DNA of 64,000 nucleotides from Candidatus Nomurabacteria bacterium (GCA_023898565.1 CP060228.1:156170-220169); one strand, 5' to 3'; shown: positions 1-8,968, counted from the stretch's first letter. Notes: a model not told the origin generated them from the letters alone. A program made the numbers and translations.

Positions 1-253
1 GAGCGCCAGCCTTGGCCATACGCTGCTTGAAGCGATCCACGCGACCGGCGGTGTCCATCACCTTTTCCTGTCCAGTGTAGAAAGGATGTGATGCGCTGGT
101 TACGTCTACCTGAACGAGTGGGTACTCGTTACCATCTGTCCACGTATCAGTAGCGTCTGTCTCGATAGTTGAACCAATCAAGATACGCTCATTTGATGAG
201 TTATCGTGGAAGATTACCATGCGGTAGTTTTCTGGATGAATATCTTTTTGCAT
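1..253 (-). CDS. rpmE: 50S ribosomal protein L31, type B (non-zinc form); 3' end runs off the window
   Basis: The minus-strand ORF starts at the ATG whose complement is cat at 251-253 and has no stop before position 1. It translates to [33 protein letters not shown]...[36 protein letters not shown]. The IHPEY, GST, DVSS.SHPFYTG and GRV.RF motifs match L31 type B, and the CxxC zinc ligands are absent. It is missing from the ORF track because it has no in-window stop. Confidence 0.7.
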   Translation of the reverse strand, partial: MQKDIHPENYRMVIFHDNSSNERILIGSTIETDATDTWTDGNEYPLVQVDVTSASHPFYTGQEKVMDTAGRVDRFKQRMAKAGA

Positions 254-284
254 ATTTTCAATTACTTCGGCGAACCCAATGATT

Positions 285-317
285 GGACGGGAAAATCTTG
301 AAAAGATTTTCCCGTCC
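285..317. promoter_or_regulatory. Perfect 15-bp stem / 3-nt loop hairpin between the lytic transglycosylase gene and rpmE
   Basis: The sequence ggacgggaaaatctt-gaa-aagattttcccgtcc is read directly and is a perfect inverted repeat. It has no flanking U-tract, so it is not a classical intrinsic terminator. It sits in the 5' leader of L31, so it could be an attenuator or a protein-binding site. Confidence 0.35.
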
Positions 318-397
318 AATCTGGAATATAATAAGCAGGAACACCTAATTACTTGTGGCGACAACTATACCAGAAGATACTGGTTTAGCAACTTTTA

Positions 398-1759
398 CTA
401 GCTTCCCAGAATCTGAATTTCCTGTGCCAAGCGAGATTTACGATTCATTACCTGGTCACCATAGAAAGCATTGGCAGGATTTGAGGCCCCTCCCCAGCCG
501 GCATAGTATCGCAGCGCAGCCAGGCGGTCGCCACTATACGTGCCATTCGCGCCATTGTCGCGAAGCAAGAGCGCAGTCGCAATGAACGCGTCTTTATTAT
601 TGAATGGGTTTGCTGGACTATTAGTACCATTGATACGACGAATCGCATCAGAATTCTTATCGTACACCCAGCCACTACCATTATTTATAATGCCGCCATA
701 AATCGCCCAAGTAGACGGAATGAACTGCGATGGTCCCATCGCACCTCCCCATCCCACACGGGAACCGTTTTGCATAATTGGACATGACACCGTGCGAGTA
801 AATGGATCGAACCCAAGAATATCTGCAATCGCCAAGAAGACTGGCTCGTCACGCGTCGGATGCATTACTGGGCGAGCACTATGACTATCGGTAAAAAGGC
901 AGCTACCAAGGTTTGAGCCAATGTTGGTCTCTTGTTCGAGAATAGCCAAAATCAGTGCCGCATCAACTCCTGTCACCTTCGAGGCGTACTGTGCCAAAGA
1001 AACAGCCTCGGGGAACGGGATGCCACCACCTCCACCAAGCAGCGTAAAGAGTGCGTTTCGTAGCTGCGCAGCAGTCTTACGTTGTGACTCTAAGAGTGCT
1101 TGATACTGTGCCTCCTCCCCTTTTGTAACAGTCAGAATTTCATGTTTCTCAGCTTCCTTGTCCTCAATTTCTTCTTTCTGTAACTCCTGGATACGCTTCA
1201 TCTCAGCCTCGGTCTGCTGCTTATTTTCAAGGTCATTTTTTTGCTCGACAGTATCACGCCGAATTTCATGGAGTGCACCAAGGGATTCATTGAGTGATTC
1301 TTTGATTGACTGATATGTGGCGACGTCAGTAAAAAATTCTGAGAAACTTTGCTTACTCAGCATAACCTCTACCAAAGAGTACTCATCTACCAGTGCAGAC
1401 TTCCGTACTAAATCTGCAAGAGATTCTTGCTGCTTCTCCAGACGTTCAGCCAAGATATCGAGCACAACTTCCTTCTCACCAATTTGGTCAGAGAGTTGTG
1501 CGATCGCCAGTGAGCGCGCCTGAATACCAAGCTGCGCTTTTTTAATCTCACCTTCAATAATGGTAATGTCGCGCTCGAGCGATTGACGTTCTTGTTGCTT
1601 GTCTTCCACTAAGCGCTGTTGCGTGAGAATTTGCCGCTCAACATTCTGCAGCTCAGTCTCAAGACGCTTGCGTCGCTCTGCGTCAGTTTCGCTTGATGCG
1701 GTCGTTGGCGGCAGCAAGAATATTAAAATAAAAAAGGCGGCAGCAATCCTCTGTATCAT
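398..1759 (-). CDS. Secreted coiled-coil protein with a C-terminal lytic transglycosylase (SLT_2/MltB-like) domain
   Basis: The track ORF 398..2149 was trimmed to the internal ATG at 1759 (MIQRIAAAFFILIFLLPP..., a signal or TM segment), because the upstream part overlaps the pfkB gene on the other strand. The middle is a long charged coiled-coil (ELQNVERQILTQQRLVEDKQQERQ...). The C-terminal segment GWGGAMGPSQFIPSTWAIYG matches the GAMGxxQFMPSTW motif of MltB/SLT_2 transglycosylases. Confidence 0.55.
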   Translation of the reverse strand: MIQRIAAAFFILIFLLPPTTASSETDAERRKRLETELQNVERQILTQQRLVEDKQQERQSLERDITIIEGEIKKAQLGIQARSLAIAQLSDQIGEKEVVLDILAERLEKQQESLADLVRKSALVDEYSLVEVMLSKQSFSEFFTDVATYQSIKESLNESLGALHEIRRDTVEQKNDLENKQQTEAEMKRIQELQKEEIEDKEAEKHEILTVTKGEEAQYQALLESQRKTAAQLRNALFTLLGGGGGIPFPEAVSLAQYASKVTGVDAALILAILEQETNIGSNLGSCLFTDSHSARPVMHPTRDEPVFLAIADILGFDPFTRTVSCPIMQNGSRVGWGGAMGPSQFIPSTWAIYGGIINNGSGWVYDKNSDAIRRINGTNSPANPFNNKDAFIATALLLRDNGANGTYSGDRLAALRYYAGWGGASNPANAFYGDQVMNRKSRLAQEIQILGS

Positions 1760-1910
1760 GCCGACATTATACCAGAGGCGCGCCACAGCCAAACTCGACA
1801 AACCTATGGATAGCTTTTCTGCTGTACGCACTTGGGCGGAAGCTTCGCTTCCGCCCGTAGTACTCACCATCAAACCCTCCTCCGCACCCGCCCAGTGGTA
1901 TACTTTTTCT

Positions 1911-2915
1911 ATGTCACAACAATATGATTTCGTAGCCATTGGCGACATTTTGATTGACGCCTTTATCCAATTAAATAAAGACCAGGCTGATGTTTCCATT
2001 GATATGGACACTGGCCGCAAGACCTTGCAAATGCCCTTCGGCAGCAAGCTGCCGTACGACAACGTCGTGGTAGTGCCAGCCGTCGGCAACTCACCAAACG
2101 CTGCAGTATCGGCACACCGACTTGGCCTTGAGACCGCACTCGTCACCAACCTCGGTCACGATAAGTTTGGTAAGGAGTGTATCGATGCACTCCGACAAGA
2201 AGGGATTCATACCGACTTTGTGAAGATTCATGAAGACAAGGTAACCAACTACCACTACGTACTTCGGTATGGCCCAGAGCGAACGATCCTCATCAACCAC
2301 GAGCATTACCCGTACTCACTACCCGACTTCCCGGTAGCACCGAAGTTCTTCTACTTCTCTTCGGTTGGCGAACACGGTCTCCCCTACCATCATGAAATTG
2401 CCGAGTACGTAAAAAATAACGAGACCAAGCTCGCCTTCCAACCAGGCACCTTCCAGATCAAGGTAGGATACGAAGAAATTCGCGACGTCTACGAAGCTAC
2501 TGAAATCTTCTTCTGCAACAAAGAAGAAGCTCAGGAAATTCTGAAGACCACGGAACAGCACATCCCAACCCTCATTCGCGGTATCCGCGAACTTGGCCCA
2601 ACGATTCCGGTAGTAACGGACGGTCCGAACGGTGCCTTCACCGTAGACGCCGACGATCAGGCCTGGCACATGCCAATGTACCCAGACCCAGCACCACCAG
2701 TGGATCGCACCGGCGCTGGAGACTCATTCTCCTCAACCTTCACCGCAGCGATTATCCTCGGCAAAGACCCAGCCGAAGCCCTCGCTTGGGGACCAATCAA
2801 TTCAATGAATGTGGTGCAATACGTCGGTGCACAAGCCGGCTTACTCCCCCGCGAAGAACTGCTCAAGTATCTCGAATCACGACCAGAAGATTACGTGGCT
2901 AAGAAGATTGATTAA
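1911..2915 (+). CDS. pfkB-family carbohydrate kinase (ribokinase/fructokinase-like)
   Basis: The track ORF was trimmed to the ATG at 1911 (MSQQYDFVAIGDILIDAF...). It has the pfkB N-terminal GD motif and the C-terminal DRTGAGDSFSS motif (DTxGAGD anion hole). The upstream extension overlaps the minus-strand gene. Confidence 0.75.
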   Translation: MSQQYDFVAIGDILIDAFIQLNKDQADVSIDMDTGRKTLQMPFGSKLPYDNVVVVPAVGNSPNAAVSAHRLGLETALVTNLGHDKFGKECIDALRQEGIHTDFVKIHEDKVTNYHYVLRYGPERTILINHEHYPYSLPDFPVAPKFFYFSSVGEHGLPYHHEIAEYVKNNETKLAFQPGTFQIKVGYEEIRDVYEATEIFFCNKEEAQEILKTTEQHIPTLIRGIRELGPTIPVVTDGPNGAFTVDADDQAWHMPMYPDPAPPVDRTGAGDSFSSTFTAAIILGKDPAEALAWGPINSMNVVQYVGAQAGLLPREELLKYLESRPEDYVAKKID

Positions 2916-2924
2916 GACGTGCAA

Positions 2925-2967
2925 AATAATAAAACTGGCCTAAAGCCAGTTTTATTATTTTAAATTT
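2925..2967 (+). terminator. Rho-independent terminator for the pfkB kinase gene
   Basis: A 15-bp stem (aataataaaactggc / gccagttttattatt) with loop ctaaa is followed by a T-rich run (ttaaattt), 10 nt after the stop at 2913-2915. Confidence 0.5.
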
Positions 2968-3008
2968 ACTGTATAGTCAAAACAGACAACCGAGCAAAGG
3001 AGCTCAAC

Positions 3009-3164
3009 ATGGACAGAAAACCTGGACCTAATGACGTACCCATAAAAGGAACTGGTGGAAGATATAGCACACCTCCAGGCAATTTTATTGAAAGAATGTC
3101 ACGGGGCCGAAATCACAACCGACCGCCGAAAAAACCGGCAAGCAAAAAACCGCTCAAGGAATGA
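3009..3164 (+). CDS. Putative small basic protein of 51 aa (sORF below the 60-aa track cutoff)
   Basis: A consensus SD (aaaggag, 2996-3002) lies 6 nt upstream of the ATG at 3009. The translation is MDRKPGPNDVPIKGTGGRYSTPPGNFIERMSRGRNHNRPPKKPASKKPLKE. The TGA stop lies inside the loop-proximal arm of the 3147-3173 hairpin. There is no homology support. Confidence 0.25.
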   Translation: MDRKPGPNDVPIKGTGGRYSTPPGNFIERMSRGRNHNRPPKKPASKKPLKE

Positions 3165-3180
3165 GCGGTTTTTCTATTTC
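3131..3180 (-). terminator. Bidirectional rho-independent terminator at the 3' end of the transketolase operon
   Basis: The stem aaaaccgctca / tgagcggtttt (3147-3157 / 3163-3173) has loop aggaa. On the minus-strand RNA it is followed by uuuuuugcuugccgguuuuuu, and on the plus strand by tttttctatttc. Confidence 0.55.
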
Positions 3181-3187
3181 AATATAT

Positions 3188-4195
3188 CTATCCAATCACC
3201 TCTTTCGCCGCTGCCACAATCCCAGGCACATCCATACCGAAGTGCGAAATCAGTTCATCTGGCTCGCCAGACTCACCGAAGCGGTCCTTCACCCCAACTC
3301 GAGCAATCTTGGTTGGACGGACGCTAGAGAGATACTCTGCGACCGCGCTACCAAGCCCACCAGTAATCTGATGTTCTTCAACAGTCACGAGCGTCTTATG
3401 CTCATTCGCAAACGAGAGAAGCGCTTCAGTATCAAGCGGCTTAATGGTGGCCATATGGAGCACAGACGCACCAATACCAGCAGCGTTTAATTCTTCAGCT
3501 GCTTTAATCGCGTTGAAAAGGAGTGAGCCAGTCACCACAATACCGACCGTCTGCTCATGTGCAGCATCACGCAAATACATCACCTGTGCCTTACCAATCT
3601 CAAATGGCGTTTCAGGCGTAGTAACTACCGGCGTCGCACTACGTCCAAGACGGAAATAAACCGGGCCGTCATACTTGGCAGCAGCCAAGGTTGCCTTACG
3701 CGCTTCATGTACATCGGCTGGCGCAATTACCACCATGTTTGGAATGACGCGCATAATCGCCATATCCTCAATCGCTTGGTGCGTAGCGCCATCAGGACCA
3801 ACCGACACACCAGCGTGCGCACCAACCACTTTTACATTGCTGTTGTTGTAACAAATCGTCGTGCGGATTTGCTCCCAGCTGCGACCTGGAGAAAACATTG
3901 CGTACGATGCAATAAATGGAATCTTACCCATTGCCGCCATACCTGATGCCACTGAAGCCATACTCTGCTCCGCAATACCAACCTGCACAAAACGATGCGG
4001 GAATTCATTGGCAAACTTATGTGTCTGTGTAGACTCAGTCAGATCACAACAAAGTGCCACAATGCGCTCATCGCGTTTCCCTGCCTCTAAGAGCCCATCA
4101 CCATAGCCGTGGCGAGTTGGTACTTTTTCTACGTCTCCTGACGCAAGATTTGGTTGTAGATGTTCGGCGTACATATTATGAGTCTTGAGGTTCAA
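3188..4195 (-). CDS. Transketolase, C-terminal subunit (pyrimidine-binding and C-terminal domains)
   Basis: The sequence ...GYGDGLLEAGKRDERIVALCCDLTESTQT...FVQVGIAEQSMASVASGMAAMGKIPFIASYAMF...VVIAPADVHE... is a typical transketolase central and C-terminal section encoded as a separate polypeptide. It overlaps the upstream N-subunit gene by about 20 nt; an alternative start is M8 at 4174. Confidence 0.85.
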   Translation of the reverse strand: MNLKTHNMYAEHLQPNLASGDVEKVPTRHGYGDGLLEAGKRDERIVALCCDLTESTQTHKFANEFPHRFVQVGIAEQSMASVASGMAAMGKIPFIASYAMFSPGRSWEQIRTTICYNNSNVKVVGAHAGVSVGPDGATHQAIEDMAIMRVIPNMVVIAPADVHEARKATLAAAKYDGPVYFRLGRSATPVVTTPETPFEIGKAQVMYLRDAAHEQTVGIVVTGSLLFNAIKAAEELNAAGIGASVLHMATIKPLDTEALLSFANEHKTLVTVEEHQITGGLGSAVAEYLSSVRPTKIARVGVKDRFGESGEPDELISHFGMDVPGIVAAAKEVIG

Positions 4196-5102
4196 TAGTA
4201 TCTGCTAAAGTGCGGAGTTTTTTGAGCGCAACTTCCGCCTGCTCGCTGCGATCTACTCGATCTTCTGGCCCCTTCCCTGGAGGATTACCATGCCAGCGGA
4301 AGTCGCGCTCAAAGACATCAACTCCCTTAGAGGCAATTGTGTGTGCAATAATCACGGATGGCTGACTGTATACCGACTGTGCCTTTCCAATCGCGTCATT
4401 AACTGAGCGAATGTTGTGCCCATCCACTTCCTGCACATCAAAGCCAAATGAGGCGAGTTTTTCTGCAAGTGGCTCAAGCGGCATCACGTCCTTGGTGTAG
4501 CCATCAATCTGAATACCGTTACGGTCGATAATGACGATAAGATTATGGAGCTTCTCTTTGCCGGCGTGCATGAGTGCTTCCCATACCTGCCCTTCATTCA
4601 GCTCACCATCACCAGTCAGACAGTAGAAAAACTTTGATGAATACGGATTGTCAATACGCTCGGCAATTGCCATACCAACCGCCTGCGACAGACCAGAACC
4701 TAGCGGACCAGAGCTTGTTTCAATCCCAGGCAACGTACCGCGATGCGGATGTCCCTGGAGACGTGACCCGAGCTTACGTAGCGTTAGCAGCTCCTCAACC
4801 GGAAAGTATCCAGCATGCGCAAGCGTGGCGTACAACACCGGACAGATGTGGCCATTAGAAAGAATCACACGATCACGCTCTTCCCAATCGGGATTTTCTG
4901 GATCGTGCCGCAAAATCCCAAAATACAACAGCGTAAAAATATCTGCCATGCCCAAAGGACCAGCGGTGTGACCACTCCCCGCTTCCACTAACATCTCAAT
5001 AATACTTTGACGAATACTATTCGCCTTGCGCTCCAGCGCTGTTACTTCGTCTGACGTAAGGTACTGCATATGTACCACCAGTATAGCAAAAGCTCTCACC
5101 AA
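4176..5102 (-). CDS. Transketolase, N-terminal subunit (TPP-binding)
   Basis: The segments GSGHTAGPLGMADIF, RDRVILSNGH, GHPH, GPLGSGLSQAVGMA and LTGDGELNEGQVWEA are TPP-binding transketolase N-domain motifs. A split tkt is typical of archaea and CPR. Confidence 0.85.
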   Translation of the reverse strand: MVRAFAILVVHMQYLTSDEVTALERKANSIRQSIIEMLVEAGSGHTAGPLGMADIFTLLYFGILRHDPENPDWEERDRVILSNGHICPVLYATLAHAGYFPVEELLTLRKLGSRLQGHPHRGTLPGIETSSGPLGSGLSQAVGMAIAERIDNPYSSKFFYCLTGDGELNEGQVWEALMHAGKEKLHNLIVIIDRNGIQIDGYTKDVMPLEPLAEKLASFGFDVQEVDGHNIRSVNDAIGKAQSVYSQPSVIIAHTIASKGVDVFERDFRWHGNPPGKGPEDRVDRSEQAEVALKKLRTLADTIEPQDS

Positions 5103-5114
5103 TGACGGTGAGAG

Positions 5115-5771
5115 CTAGTTAATAAGTGCTACGAGCGCTGCGTGCGCCGCCTTGGGGTCTGGTTGTTTTACAATCGCCGAGCCGCACACGAAGCGATCCA
5201 CACCGGCCTCTTTAAGGCGCACGATGGTGTCTTTATTAACACTGCCATCAACCGAAATCATCATATCAGGAAACGCTTTTCGGAGCTCGCGCACCTTATC
5301 TAGCGTTGGTTCGTAAAATGGTAGCCCTTGTGCACCAATTTCATAGATACCCATCAGCTGAATGTAGTCAGCATGCTTCGCGTACTCAATAAGCTTTTCA
5401 AGCGGTGTGTCACCATGTGCACTTACTCCAAGTGACACATCAGTTTGTTCTGAAAAGGCTATAAAAGCCTCCAATGATACTGTCTCTACATGGAAGACGA
5501 GCATGTCAGCCCCCGCCTTAATCCACTCACGTGCAGCCGGCAGTGGCTCCTCTACCATCAAATCAACTTCAAGCGTATAGACATCAAGTAAGTGCTTTAC
5601 TGACACAGGGTCACCAATTGGTTGGTACGGCCAGCATACAGAAGAGACGAATTTTCCATCTACCAAGTCGAGCTGCAGCTCACGCGAAAACGCTAAATCT
5701 TTTGCATATGAGAGCACCGCTTCTTTGCTTTCAGGGATTATGGCTGGTACAACCTGGCTATACTTCATCAT
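5115..5771 (-). CDS. rpe: Ribulose-phosphate 3-epimerase family protein
   Basis: It is 218 aa with a TIM-barrel RPE-like pattern (LDLVDGKFV, DLMVEEP, VFHVET, ISVDGSV), and it sits between rpiB and tkt. Confidence 0.6.
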   Translation of the reverse strand: MMKYSQVVPAIIPESKEAVLSYAKDLAFSRELQLDLVDGKFVSSVCWPYQPIGDPVSVKHLLDVYTLEVDLMVEEPLPAAREWIKAGADMLVFHVETVSLEAFIAFSEQTDVSLGVSAHGDTPLEKLIEYAKHADYIQLMGIYEIGAQGLPFYEPTLDKVRELRKAFPDMMISVDGSVNKDTIVRLKEAGVDRFVCGSAIVKQPDPKAAHAALVALIN

Positions 5772-5776
5772 ACTCT

Positions 5777-6238
5777 TTAACGAATCTTCTTAGAGATATC
5801 TTCAATCTTAAAATTGCGGCGTTCATATTTTTCAGCGGTGAGCGCTGGTTCATGGAGCCATGTCCAAATCACTTCTTTAGCGAGATTTATATCTACAAAG
5901 CGCGCACCGATCGAGAGTATGTTCGCATCATTGTGTTGCCTAGAAAGCGGCACAATAGACTTGTCTCCTCCATAAAATACAGCCGCTCGCACGTGCGGAA
6001 ACCGATTTGCCATCATAGCCTCACCTTGCCCTGAACCACCAAAAATAATACCGCGGCTCGACTCTGCAGCAGCACTCACCGCCGCCGCAGCCTTTGAAAT
6101 GAAATCTGGAAAATCGTCATCAGAAACAAAATCCTTCGCACCATGATCTACCACCTCAAACCCCTCTTGCTCTAGCCATGCCAAAACCGCATCTTTATGT
6201 TCAAGTCCGGCATGATCTGTAGCAAGATGAATCACCAT
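5777..6238 (-). CDS. rpiB: Ribose-5-phosphate isomerase B (RpiB/LacAB family)
   Basis: MVIHLATDHAGLEHKDAVLAWLEQEGFEVVDHG ... GIIFGGSGQGEAMMANRFPHVRAAV is a classic RpiB sequence of 153 aa. Confidence 0.85.
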   Translation of the reverse strand: MVIHLATDHAGLEHKDAVLAWLEQEGFEVVDHGAKDFVSDDDFPDFISKAAAAVSAAAESSRGIIFGGSGQGEAMMANRFPHVRAAVFYGGDKSIVPLSRQHNDANILSIGARFVDINLAKEVIWTWLHEPALTAEKYERRNFKIEDISKKIR

Positions 6239-6244
6239 AGTAAA

Positions 6245-7270
6245 TTACGAAATGTACTTGGAGGCCTCTGCCACATGTTCGACAAGCGTTTGTGTGTAGC
6301 TGGTTTCGTTGTCATACCACGCCAGCACTTTCACCAGGTTACCACCAACCACGCGTGTGAATGACAGATCAGCAATTGAACCGACACGCGCACCAATAAT
6401 GTCAGTTGATACTATCGGCTCATCGGTTGCTGCTAAAATATTCTTCCAACGTGGATCAGCAGCCGCTTTACGTAATGCTTCATTAATTTCTTCGACGGTC
6501 GTTTCGCGCTTCGCGATAAAGGTAAGGTCTACAATTGAGCCAACCGGTACCGGAACACGCATAGCGATTCCATCGAACTTCCCTTCAAGTTCAATGTGCG
6601 CCTTTGTTGTAGCAACAGCCGCACCCGTTGTAGCCGGAATAATATTGAGAGCGGCAGCTCGTCCAGAACGCAAATCTTTCTTGGCCGGACCGTCCACTAA
6701 TGACTGGGTTGCCGTGTATGCGTGCACAGTGTTAAGAATTGCTTTCTCGATACCAATTGTTTCCTTGAGGACGGCCACTACCGGACTGGTCGCATTAGTG
6801 GTACATGATGCATTTGAAGAAATATCACAAGTAGCCAACTGGTCATGATTGACCCCCATCAAGACGGTTGCGCCGCGCACGCCAGATTCTGCTGGTTCAT
6901 CTTTAGCTGGTGCAGAAATGACCACACGCTTAGCTCCAGCATCCATGTGTTGCTTCGCACCACCAAACTTAGTGAAGAAGCCAGTTGATTCAACCACAAC
7001 ATCAATATTTAAATCTTTCCACGGTAGCTTAGCAGGCTCTCGTTCACTTAAGAACTTTACTTCCTTTCCACCCACCTTAAGACCACCTTCCATCACTTCC
7101 ACCTCAAACGGAGCACGGCCGTAGACTGAGTCATATTTAAGCAGATACGCCAAATTATCGAGACTACCGAGATCATTGACCGCGACAATCTCAAAATCTG
7201 AACGCCCAAAGGCAGACCGCATAAAGTTGCGACCAATTCGACCAAAACCGTTGATTGCTACACGTACCAT
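6245..7270 (-). CDS. gap: Glyceraldehyde-3-phosphate dehydrogenase
   Basis: MVRVAINGFGRIGRNFMR is the NAD-binding N-terminus, and the active site SNASCTTN is present. The protein is 341 aa. Confidence 0.9.
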   Translation of the reverse strand: MVRVAINGFGRIGRNFMRSAFGRSDFEIVAVNDLGSLDNLAYLLKYDSVYGRAPFEVEVMEGGLKVGGKEVKFLSEREPAKLPWKDLNIDVVVESTGFFTKFGGAKQHMDAGAKRVVISAPAKDEPAESGVRGATVLMGVNHDQLATCDISSNASCTTNATSPVVAVLKETIGIEKAILNTVHAYTATQSLVDGPAKKDLRSGRAAALNIIPATTGAAVATTKAHIELEGKFDGIAMRVPVPVGSIVDLTFIAKRETTVEEINEALRKAAADPRWKNILAATDEPIVSTDIIGARVGSIADLSFTRVVGGNLVKVLAWYDNETSYTQTLVEHVAEASKYIS

Positions 7271-7332
7271 ATATAAGAAATAAACAAATTAATTAACTCC
7301 TGTAACTATACAAGCAATCAGACAACTCGACA

Positions 7333-8961
7333 TCACGCGTTATCCTCAGTTCGTCGTTTATGCAGAAGGAATAGAATAAGCAGTACAAGTAACACTCCCA
7401 GCACAAGCGCAACTGATGGCCACCATGCAAAAAGTAAGTCTGGGAAAATCACCGGTGTTTTTGTTTCATCAATCGTTTCGATAAAGATTACTGGTGTTTG
7501 GTACGTACCAACTACAAATGCTTCATAATCGTAAATCTCTAAAATGAGCAGTGATTGACCCACTACAAACAAGGCCGGGATTTGTGCTTCATAGGCAGTT
7601 CGATCTCGATTGATGCGAAGCAGGAAAGAATACGTTTTTTCAGGATCGACTGGATTTTGAATCGTGGCAATAAGCGACTTCAAATTACCCGCGACCGCAG
7701 TCCGCGGCACAGACACGGTAAAGGCAGTAGCGGCATCAAGCTGAATTGGCGCGTCGGTAAACAAATACGTAAGATTCCCCTGAGCAACCAACACTTCAGA
7801 CAACAGAGGCATTTTCATTTCAACCGTGAACCGCTTAGTATCAATCGAAGACGTGGCATCATTCGTGTCCGGCACAGGCACTCCGATTATCGGCCCTTGA
7901 CCTGGTCCAGTCTGTTCAAAACCTGCGCCAGGAAATACAGTAGCCGCATATACAACAGCCACCGCTCCCGACGAAATATTGCCAAACTGATCATACACAA
8001 AAGCGGTGTAGTACACAGGCGAGTACTGATTAAGCACGCGCTCATCGGTGGCAGATTCTTTTATTCCTTGGTACACAATCGCACCATCCTGTGGATGTTC
8101 TGGGAACCCCAAATGACTGCGCACAATCCGAACGTGCGCAAGATCGGGCTGGCTAGGCAATTTCCATGAGAGCAGCACATTGGTGTCTACTGCAATCGCA
8201 CTAAATTGTTCAACGTTTGAAACCGCATATTGTCCTTCGTCTTTTACCGTAGTAAATGAACCTTGCTTGATTACAGTCGCAACTCCAAATGGAGTGTACC
8301 CAACAATTTCATACTCGTACTCGGTGCCTGGCTCAAGATCAGTCAAAAGCACCGTATGATCCATTGCAAATACACTACTCACCACATACCCAAGCTCATA
8401 CGATCCTGTTCTTCCCCATCGCACCTCGAGACGAGCCTGATGCGCAGTTGTCACAAGCAAACTAGTAGTAGACATACCGACATCAATCGCGATTGCTTCA
8501 GCTATTACACGCGCTGCGGTTCCACTCTGACCACTTACTGGTTCTGTAGTGGTGGCCACCGGCGGCACCACGGGTGGATTTGGTGTGGTAGTTGCTAGAG
8601 CATTTGAAGTAGACGAGTAATTAAATGATGGATCAAATGCTCGAACTACGTAGCTGTAGGTGGTGCTTGCAACCAAACCAGAGTCGGAATATGACAGTAG
8701 TGTAGTGGTCGCAATTGGGACGCCGTCACGCAAGACCGAATAACCTGACAACATGGTGTCGTCTGTTGCTGCAGACCAGGTAATATCAATTTGTGTCGAC
8801 GCAACCGGAATGACAGAAAGCAACGTTGGTGTAGTCGGCGGGTTAGCATCCACTCCACCGAACACACGCACTACAAAGGTTTCATCAGATTGAGCTGATG
8901 CAAAACTCGCGGCGGCAACAAAAAAGCAAACAATCAGTGCGCGTGTGATTAAATACTTCAT
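7333..8961 (-). CDS. Cell-surface protein with fibronectin type III-like domains and a C-terminal membrane anchor
   Basis: The start was set at MKYLITRALIVCFFVAAASFASAQ, a signal peptide (ATG whose complement is cat at 8959-8961). Fn3-like segments include TPTLLSVIPVASTQIDITWSAATDDTMLSGYSVLRDGVPIATT. The C-terminal hydrophobic helix WWPSVALVLGVLLVLLILFLL is followed by HKRRTEDNA. It is the last gene of the surface operon. Confidence 0.6.
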   Translation of the reverse strand: MKYLITRALIVCFFVAAASFASAQSDETFVVRVFGGVDANPPTTPTLLSVIPVASTQIDITWSAATDDTMLSGYSVLRDGVPIATTTLLSYSDSGLVASTTYSYVVRAFDPSFNYSSTSNALATTTPNPPVVPPVATTTEPVSGQSGTAARVIAEAIAIDVGMSTTSLLVTTAHQARLEVRWGRTGSYELGYVVSSVFAMDHTVLLTDLEPGTEYEYEIVGYTPFGVATVIKQGSFTTVKDEGQYAVSNVEQFSAIAVDTNVLLSWKLPSQPDLAHVRIVRSHLGFPEHPQDGAIVYQGIKESATDERVLNQYSPVYYTAFVYDQFGNISSGAVAVVYAATVFPGAGFEQTGPGQGPIIGVPVPDTNDATSSIDTKRFTVEMKMPLLSEVLVAQGNLTYLFTDAPIQLDAATAFTVSVPRTAVAGNLKSLIATIQNPVDPEKTYSFLLRINRDRTAYEAQIPALFVVGQSLLILEIYDYEAFVVGTYQTPVIFIETIDETKTPVIFPDLLFAWWPSVALVLGVLLVLLILFLLHKRRTEDNA

Positions 8962-8968
8962 CAACCCA

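Noticed and set aside
355-585. 76-aa + strand ORF
   Set aside because: It lies entirely inside, and antisense to, the well-supported lytic transglycosylase gene, and it has no SD or homology.
1599-1910. 5' extension of the pfkB ORF (MSSTKRCCVR...)
   Set aside because: It is Cys/Arg/Ser-rich nonsense overlapping the opposite-strand gene. A proper start (MSQQYDFVAIGD) exists at 1911.
1760-2149. 5' extension of the lytic transglycosylase ORF
   Set aside because: It overlaps the pfkB kinase on the other strand. The internal ATG at 1759 gives a signal-peptide-like N-terminus.
3055-3490. + strand ORFs of 90 and 109 aa
   Set aside because: They span the terminator and run antisense into transketolase-C. 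They have no SD, unlike the 51-aa sORF in another frame.
6309-7124. + strand ORFs of 179 and 91 aa
   Set aside because: They are antisense shadow ORFs inside gap, a byproduct of high GC and codon bias.
7555-8598. + strand ORFs of 204 and 111 aa
   Set aside because: They are Arg/His/Ser-rich antisense frames inside the Fn3 surface-protein gene.
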